Source of the DNA: Deferribacterales bacterium
Lineage (GTDB): Bacteria; Chrysiogenota; Deferribacteres; Deferribacterales; Geovibrionaceae
NCBI GenBank assembly: GCA_050253335.1
Contig: JBFWJG010000016.1
Span: forward strand, 1-41,523
DNA: 41,523 nucleotides
Direction: 5' to 3'
Shown here one piece after another: positions 35,491 to 41,523 of the stretch; the first letter of the stretch is position 1; every line of letters begins with the position of its first letter. Position numbers and translations under genes: made by a program. The notes under the pieces were generated by a model. That model saw only the letters and a list, made by a program, of their open reading frames with translations, was not told the origin of the DNA and did not search any database.

Positions 35491-37755
35491 TCAATAGCCT
35501 AGTGCAAACCAGCGGCACGGCTGCGCAACATCATTGCGCGGAGCAACACCAACAGCCTCGCTGTATATTATAAAACTGAATGCTGCCGCCGATAACGCAT
35601 GTATTTGACCGAAATAGTAAAAATTTGTTGACTCAGGAATTGCGCCTATATCAGCGAATACGCAGGCATTGGGAAACGCTATCGGGAACGTTATATTGCC
35701 TGACGCGGCGGCAGACGCACTGCCCCACTGCAATATCAGCCCGCCGGGCAGTTTTTGGTAGCCGTTTGCGCTCTTTGACGATGCCCAATCCGTGCCGGAC
35801 AGCCATCCTGACAGGAAAGCAGCCAACCCCGCGGGTGTGACAGCTCTCACAGTATCAGACCCAGCGGAGGCCTCTGATGTTGTCGCCAGCTCGACTTTAC
35901 CCTGTGTCGATGCCGACGCGGCGGGAACGTTATCAACAACCTCGGTTTTTAGCGCAAAATCCTTGATTGATGCCGGAGTGACCGCCCTCGCGGTGTCCGT
36001 GCGCGCCTCTGCCTCTGCCTCTGTCGCAAGTTCTACTTTGCCTTTAGTTGATGTAGTAGCATCAGGCACAGCCGCAAGGGCACGCGCAGTCGTAAAATAT
36101 AAATTCGACGTACCCTCTGGGAGGGCATCTGTTGTAGTCTCGCTTGAGATAATATCATAAATAACTGCATCGCCGCCGCCGGGGTCTGATACTGCGGTGG
36201 ATAATATGCCCGTTATTGACGCCCCGTATGCCGCAAATGATATTAATGTTGTGCCTGTTGATGCCGTACGGCGCACATATATTTTATCTCCTACAAAGCG
36301 TATTGCGGGGCGTGCTGGGCCTGAATATCCTTTAGAGTAGACTTTTATACCTGTCATCGGCTCAATGATAATATCCATATGCCCGTAAGCCTGAGCATTT
36401 GATTGATGCCCGTATGCTAAGCTAATATGCGCTTTTGATGATGCCGCTGTGTTTATAGTTGCTATCTCAATAAAGCCCCCTGAGAGCGCAACCGTGTCGG
36501 CGCCGCGAAAAACAGATCCGATGCCCTGCTCACCTTTGAGGAGGTAGTTTATAACAGATGCCGGAGTCAACACCCTTGAACCGTCAGACCTTGCATCTGC
36601 CTCCTCTTGAGTTGCGAGTTCGACAACTCCCGTGCTTGTCGTTGTCGCGGCGGGTATCGAAGGTATGTCTGAAATAGTTGCGACTCTGATCCATGTGCCC
36701 GACCACACACCGCTCAGCCGCGGACGATAAAAAATACCGCCGTCATCGGGGAATGCGACCTGAATGGATACAGTTTCAGAGCGTTTCAGCTGGTAGCCGC
36801 ATCCGCCGGAGCCGGATGGTTTATTCCCAGCGGTCGAATCATACGTAAAACGGCAACCAGCAGTCATTGAAACATTAAGATTACTAACATCAAGCGGTGC
36901 AGGACCGAGGCCGTACGCTCCGTTCGGAAGAAGTTTTGTAGGGTCTATATCCGTAACGCCGGAAATAACATCCCGATACGCACCTGCTTTAAGCTTATCT
37001 TTTCGCTCAAACGCATGAAAACTCAAAGCAGTTGAGCCGATGATTATCGGCGCGGGAGTATTGAGCTGAAAAAGATATCCGCCGTTTACTGTTCCTTCAA
37101 CGACGGAAACGAGAGAGCCGGGTACAATATCTTCAACAAAGTCGTAATCAAGAGCACGAGTCCACTCGCTCTCAAGTACTATATATATACCGTTCTCTGC
37201 ACCTGCTGTCTGGTTTTTAACAAGCACTCTATCACCAACATTAACGGCAACGCCATCAACAGCCTGAAGCCCTGAAAGCGTTAAGTTTTCAGTTGTCGCC
37301 ACACGTGCAGTGCGAGTCAGCCCAACCATGGTGGAGTTTTCTCCAACAATGATATTTACCGCTGTCACAGCAGATACAACGAAAATCATACCCACCGCGA
37401 CATCAGTGACGACTCCTGAACTTACAACCGGTTTTTCAGTAGCAGGATAATTTGAAACAGCAATGAGATCGCCTTCAGCATCAAAGACCCCAAGCTCACG
37501 TATAATAAAACCGCCTGTTTCAGGGGGAATGATTGCTTCGACTTCGATTGTCTTCGCATCATAGTCAACGCTGTATTTTGAGATTCCAAGCCGTGCGACT
37601 TCGTTAACGAGTTCCGTCATCACGGGTGCGGGTTCAACAGTATTCCCGCCGCCATCACCGACACCGACATTGACTATATCAAGCTTCACACCGCTCTGAA
37701 CTGCGGCCGCAACTTTGGATTCCCCAACTTCTGTAAGATATGATTTGTACTGCAT
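35491..37755 (-). CDS. Tail fibre protein
   Basis: N-terminal tail-collar region (LTEVG, VGDGGG, GGFIIRELGVFD, YP..EKP); GxVELAT repeats; C-terminal NGYQKLPGGLILQWG...FPIAFPNAC...WFALGY; ATG at 37755 after GGAGG. Confidence 0.92.
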   Translation of the reverse strand: MQYKSYLTEVGESKVAAAVQSGVKLDIVNVGVGDGGGNTVEPAPVMTELVNEVARLGISKYSVDYDAKTIEVEAIIPPETGGFIIRELGVFDAEGDLIAVSNYPATEKPVVSSGVVTDVAVGMIFVVSAVTAVNIIVGENSTMVGLTRTARVATTENLTLSGLQAVDGVAVNVGDRVLVKNQTAGAENGIYIVLESEWTRALDYDFVEDIVPGSLVSVVEGTVNGGYLFQLNTPAPIIIGSTALSFHAFERKDKLKAGAYRDVISGVTDIDPTKLLPNGAYGLGPAPLDVSNLNVSMTAGCRFTYDSTAGNKPSGSGGCGYQLKRSETVSIQVAFPDDGGIFYRPRLSGVWSGTWIRVATISDIPSIPAATTTSTGVVELATQEEADARSDGSRVLTPASVINYLLKGEQGIGSVFRGADTVALSGGFIEIATINTAASSKAHISLAYGHQSNAQAYGHMDIIIEPMTGIKVYSKGYSGPARPAIRFVGDKIYVRRTASTGTTLISFAAYGASITGILSTAVSDPGGGDAVIYDIISSETTTDALPEGTSNLYFTTARALAAVPDATTSTKGKVELATEAEAEARTDTARAVTPASIKDFALKTEVVDNVPAASASTQGKVELATTSEASAGSDTVRAVTPAGLAAFLSGWLSGTDWASSKSANGYQKLPGGLILQWGSASAAASGNITFPIAFPNACVFADIGAIPESTNFYYFGQIHALSAAAFSFIIYSEAVGVAPRNDVAQPCRWFALGY

Positions 37756-37756
37756 T

Positions 37757-38320
37757 TTAAACCTCCAAAGCAGGCGTGACAATGTAACGTGTTTTTGATT
37801 TTGCGACTGCGCCAAGGCGCACAGGAACATCGACTTTAACAGAATAACGGATGCCGGAGAGCTTGCTCCGGGCAGGTTTAAATTCATTAATAATACGAAT
37901 ATAATCCTCGGTTTCTGCCATTAGATTCCCTTTTAGCTCAGGGAACAAGCATGAAAACTCTGCCCATTTTGCCTCAATGGAGTCAGGTTTGACTTCAACC
38001 CCTGCATATCCAAAATCAGCAAGGATATGCGGCAGCCCTTCAACCTTGCCTGCAAGCTTTTGCCAGCGGTAAGCATTCAGCATCCGTACCCGGTACTGTT
38101 CATCCGTATCGTTAGGCAAACGGCTTATTCCACGAACATGGGCAAAGTCTTCCCAAAGATCAGTCTCTTCAGCAATGAACTGCGCTCTCACAATTATTAT
38201 ATCGTTGCGGATGCTGTCCATATAACTGGCAAGCCCTTTGACTATTACTTGAAGGTATCTGCTCTGTAGAAGAGGCCATTTTAGAACTTTATTGAAATAT
38301 TCAAAAAACAGGCTATTCAT
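37757..38320 (-). CDS. Baseplate/tail protein (P2 gpI-like)
   Basis: Between baseplate J and fibre; RGISR..DTDEQYR.R, WAEF, INEFKPARSKL. Confidence 0.72.
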   Translation of the reverse strand: MNSLFFEYFNKVLKWPLLQSRYLQVIVKGLASYMDSIRNDIIIVRAQFIAEETDLWEDFAHVRGISRLPNDTDEQYRVRMLNAYRWQKLAGKVEGLPHILADFGYAGVEVKPDSIEAKWAEFSCLFPELKGNLMAETEDYIRIINEFKPARSKLSGIRYSVKVDVPVRLGAVAKSKTRYIVTPALEV

Positions 38321-39449
38321 CGTTCACCTGCTGCATTGTGATTTCTATGCTTTCTATACTCACTATTTCATCTGATGCTATTTCAATATCAGCTGAAGGA
38401 TTGCTCCACACTATACGTTTTATCCCGGATAAATTAATAACACCTGAAATAACCTTAGCCTGGATAAAGTCAGCTCCGATTGTTTTGCCTGCTCCTGAAA
38501 GGATCTGCTCCCTAATCCCTGTTTCTACAGCAGCTTTTAGAGTGGCTTCTGAACCGCTGTAATATTCAACTGTAATAGCTACAGCAACAGAAACAGATCT
38601 CACTTTTTTCACGAGCACATCGTCATTTATAACAATTGCTGATGCTACTGCTTTTTCAACTTCAGCAATGAGCTGATCTGTAGGTTCACCGGATGTCCCC
38701 AGAACAACTATATCTACTGTGCCTTGACCTCTCGGATGCTGATCGAATATTTTAACATCTTGTACTCCGGCAACGCTAAGTGCGGCAAAAGCATATGAGG
38801 CTGCTGTTACTCCGGCCTGTGCCCGCCATTGAAGGATATACCTCTGAAGAAGTTGCGAATCTGTTTCTGTATCTGCCCCTTCCTGAAGAAGCCAGTCTGC
38901 ATTGTTTGTAACACTGGCGATTCCCTGAATAGGAGTAATAATTTCCCTGATTAGCCCCGCAGTGACGTTTGAATTACTGCCGTAATCCTCAGAAGTAACA
39001 CTTACAGTACATATGTCATTATCAGCGTGCATAATAGCCTCAGCTTGAGTAACAAAACGATACTGTCTGCCGGATGAATCCACCGGTGTCCGCACTATTT
39101 TCCCTGCAGGGATTTTAATGTTGCCATTTGCTCCGGCAAGTCTTGTAAATATTATATTCCCGATGGTTTTTGTTGCCTTTTTTCGCTCTAAGTCAACTCC
39201 TGAAGCGTGCATATCAAGCCATTCACCAGAGGCTGTCTTAGGCGTTGCCTGAGTTAATACAAATGCAAGAAACTGGTAAAGCTGGTAAAGCCCCCAGATA
39301 AATATTTCGAGCAGTCCACGAATCACTCCGTTATTAATATTCATTCGCCTAGGCAACCATCCTTTTTGAATATATTCCTCCTGGATTTCATCAATATGGC
39401 TGAAGAGTTCTTTTCTTATCGTGTCAGTACTTTTTGTGATATTTTTCAT
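38313..39449 (-). CDS. Baseplate J / Mu gp47-like wedge protein
   Basis: TASGEWLD, RKKATK, IPAGKIV, G.DTETDSQL..R, PRGQGTVDIVV. Confidence 0.92.
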   Translation of the reverse strand: MKNITKSTDTIRKELFSHIDEIQEEYIQKGWLPRRMNINNGVIRGLLEIFIWGLYQLYQFLAFVLTQATPKTASGEWLDMHASGVDLERKKATKTIGNIIFTRLAGANGNIKIPAGKIVRTPVDSSGRQYRFVTQAEAIMHADNDICTVSVTSEDYGSNSNVTAGLIREIITPIQGIASVTNNADWLLQEGADTETDSQLLQRYILQWRAQAGVTAASYAFAALSVAGVQDVKIFDQHPRGQGTVDIVVLGTSGEPTDQLIAEVEKAVASAIVINDDVLVKKVRSVSVAVAITVEYYSGSEATLKAAVETGIREQILSGAGKTIGADFIQAKVISGVINLSGIKRIVWSNPSADIEIASDEIVSIESIEITMQQVNDE

Positions 39450-39853
39450 AAGAGCACCATTGAGTCTGACTTTTTATCAAGAGCCAGAATTAAGTTAAAA
39501 ATATTATCAGTATCTATCAGCCTAAAGCTGACTGATATTTTGATAGTTTCCAGATCCCAGCTCAGCACAGATGCCTCTACACTGCCTAAAACGACACGTG
39601 GGTCTGCCTCAGTGCGCCGTTCTGTTTCATCAAGGAGCGCAAAGCGAGTATCTTCGGAGTCCTCTTCTTTTATAAAATCATATAAATATGAACCATATTC
39701 AGAATCATAAAACAGCGAGCCATAATAGGTTGAAAGCCTCAAAAAAATATCCTGCTCAACAGTATCAGTTTCGTCAACAAGCATAATTTCTCCGTTAGCA
39801 GAGGTGCTTATCTCCATGTCCGGGGTGATTTTTATATCTGTACCGTAAATCAT
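39446..39853 (-). CDS. Baseplate wedge protein (gp25/gpW-like)
   Basis: GTDI, QDIFLRL.T..GSLFY..EYGS, DPRV. Confidence 0.78.
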   Translation of the reverse strand: MIYGTDIKITPDMEISTSANGEIMLVDETDTVEQDIFLRLSTYYGSLFYDSEYGSYLYDFIKEEDSEDTRFALLDETERRTEADPRVVLGSVEASVLSWDLETIKISVSFRLIDTDNIFNLILALDKKSDSMVLL

Positions 39854-40548
39854 TCCGGAGTTCCTGATGTTTGGCTGCCTGAAGCAACGCCGCCATGAAC
39901 ATGGTTATCGAGGCTTATTGTTTCTGACTCTACTGTAGAGGCTTTTAATGCTCCGTTAATAACAGATTCGCCTGAACCCTCCAGACCCGCTTCGTAAGTG
40001 AATAAACCCTTAGCAGTAAGCTTTTCTGTTACAACCGTTTCAGGTGCATCAATGATAACTTTGACATCGGACTTTAAAGTGCTTGTTCCTCCCGCCTCTG
40101 CTTTGATTGTTTTAGGTGTTTTGGCTTCTATATCTCCTGCGGCCGTTATCCGGATATAAACACCGTTTTTCTGCTGGATTATAAGCTCGTCCACTTCCGC
40201 ATTCGGTGCGCCTGAGCCTTGCCAGCGGAAGTTTGAAATACGAGGATAGTTGGGGTCTCCGTGATAATACTCCACATCACACAGTGTCCCTACAGCCGGC
40301 GGACATATAATCCCACGGTTTTTGCCAGCCCAGATAACAGGTATTTCGACATCTTTAATCAAAGGTTCTGTCTCATCAGGCTGTTCATTATTCAGCAGTA
40401 CTTCAACATCGCAGACATAGCTGCCGTCAGATGGATATGTTGCAACAACTTTTCCTTTCCTCAGCGGGCGGCGGTAATGGTCAAGATTCGGCATTAGGAT
40501 TTCGATAACTTTTTTCAAAAGTGTTTTGATGTCTTTGCTTGAATTCAT
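39850..40548 (-). CDS. Baseplate spike (gpV/Mu gp45-like)
   Basis: OB-fold-like P.VG..C.V.Y..GDP..P; beta-helix-like region; terminal SLDNHVHGGV (HxH iron-binding apex). Confidence 0.85.
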   Translation of the reverse strand: MNSSKDIKTLLKKVIEILMPNLDHYRRPLRKGKVVATYPSDGSYVCDVEVLLNNEQPDETEPLIKDVEIPVIWAGKNRGIICPPAVGTLCDVEYYHGDPNYPRISNFRWQGSGAPNAEVDELIIQQKNGVYIRITAAGDIEAKTPKTIKAEAGGTSTLKSDVKVIIDAPETVVTEKLTAKGLFTYEAGLEGSGESVINGALKASTVESETISLDNHVHGGVASGSQTSGTPE

Positions 40549-41306
40549 CTGTATTCGCACCATGTTCTTGTTTCAGCGCCATCAAAGATATGTTTGACAG
40601 CATTTATAGTAAAATTACCCTGCTTTGCCCTGCGGCTGTCGCTGATTGATATGGTTTCGGAGTGTCTGACGAGCGGAGTAAGAGGAAGCTCTAGCAGGTT
40701 CATGCCATCCTTTTTGACTTTGTGAGAAATAATATTGCCGTAAACAGCTGCACGACTGGCAACGGGGTGTCTATGACTGCCCCAGTTCAATTTGTTGTCA
40801 TACATCCAGAAATCGTTATCATCTGTACTGCCGTTACGAAGAACAATATTGCGCAGCTGTTGTAAAGCCTGAAAAAGTGTTACATTTGAGAAAATGATAT
40901 GCGGCAGAGGCTCTTCAGTGATATTTATTACTTCCGTCTGAAGCCCGGCAATGGAAGCGAGATGTCGTATAATCGCCGCTGGCTGTTCATTATTAAAGCT
41001 TTCTGTAATAAATGTGCTTACTAAAGGATATTCTTCTCCTAAAGCGATGATTCGTACTGTGTCCTTAGAATATGCCGATATGCCTGTTACAGTGAAATGT
41101 TTTTCAGCCTGTTCTCCAGTGCGGTAACCGAAGCGAACTGTGATTCTTTCTTCTGTATACAGTGTCTTGTAAAGCTCATAATCAATGTCGGTTATAAGCA
41201 TATCAGCGTATGAAACAAGCCTGCGTCCACTGCAATATTTAAAGCCCGGCATACGCATGACAGTAAAGCTTCCTATTTTTGCTGTGAGAATGATTTCTGT
41301 AAGCAT
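40545..41306 (-). CDS. Putative baseplate hub / tail protein
   Basis: Immediately upstream of the spike with a 4-nt overlap; VRFGY and V.H.F motifs; call is mostly positional. Confidence 0.6.
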   Translation of the reverse strand: MLTEIILTAKIGSFTVMRMPGFKYCSGRRLVSYADMLITDIDYELYKTLYTEERITVRFGYRTGEQAEKHFTVTGISAYSKDTVRIIALGEEYPLVSTFITESFNNEQPAAIIRHLASIAGLQTEVINITEEPLPHIIFSNVTLFQALQQLRNIVLRNGSTDDNDFWMYDNKLNWGSHRHPVASRAAVYGNIISHKVKKDGMNLLELPLTPLVRHSETISISDSRRAKQGNFTINAVKHIFDGAETRTWCEYR

Positions 41307-41308
41307 AG

Positions 41309-41523
41309 CTATCTCACATCAATCATTATAGCAGTTTCAGGCTTCGGCTCTGTTTTTCCTGACGGAGAAGGAATATCCCCGGAACTCTGTCCAATTTCCT
41401 GTTTAACAACTGCAGGTTCATATTCAGTAAATGAAGCTGTGACAGCGATAACATCGTCATCAGATGTTTCTGCAGAGTCCAACCCTGAAAAAACAATATT
41501 ACGAACGCCTCTGGCTGATAAGT
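41309..41523 (-). CDS. Phage tail-region protein, C-terminal part (5' end outside the window)
   Basis: Open frame LSARGVRNIVFSGLDSAETSDDDVIAVTASFTEYEP...IMIDVR*, stopping 2 nt before the next ATG. Confidence 0.7.
   Translation of the reverse strand, partial: LSARGVRNIVFSGLDSAETSDDDVIAVTASFTEYEPAVVKQEIGQSSGDIPSPSGKTEPKPETAIMIDVR

Larger units (their letters stand above)
34059..41523 (-). mobile_element. Mu-like (transposable) myovirus prophage, late/right end; continues beyond the window
   Basis: Colinear hub-spike-wedge-baseplate J-tail I-fibre-chaperone-methylase block; visibly lower GC; candidate terminus TGAAGC with 22-bp-spaced repeats. Confidence 0.85.

Noticed and set aside
35078..37755. 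Diversity-generating retroelement or invertible tail-fibre cassette
   Set aside because: No reverse transcriptase, template/variable repeat pair, invertase or inverted recombination sites seen
37757..41523. Type VI secretion system, tailocin or extracellular contractile injection system
   Set aside because: A fibre plus chaperone, a terminal methylase and a Mu-like end fit a prophage better; head genes lie outside the window, so this is not formally excluded

Overview
A bacterial chromosomal window. The gene set and protein style suggest an anaerobic Deferribacterota- or deltaproteobacteria-like organism (inference only). It has three parts. (1) 1-9142: the distal part of a chemosensory operon (cheW, cheB, STAS, cheY, HEAT-repeat protein, cheR, cheY-like, an unusually long cheA, a receiver protein and a soluble MCP-like protein). 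(2) 9139-34030: housekeeping and metabolic genes (HesA-type ThiF-family protein, cysS, ABC ATPase, pckA, HNH-alaS-Nudix, cheX, O-methyltransferase, large NAD-glutamate dehydrogenase, M16 peptidase, P-loop/TPR protein, class II photolyase, metH, superoxide reductase). (3) ~34059-41523: one end of a probable Mu-like contractile-tail prophage on the minus strand (baseplate genes, tail fibre, fibre chaperone, terminal DNA adenine methyltransferase). Most notable: a promoter-driven, cloverleaf-shaped candidate antisense RNA directly upstream of the prophage methyltransferase; a Mu-R-like prophage terminus with 22-bp-spaced repeats; a CheA with two intact HPt domains, one His-less HPt-like segment and a tandem MshEN-like motif; and a degenerate double-tip soluble chemoreceptor-like protein. 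All calls come from reading the sequence and recalled motifs; no searches were run.
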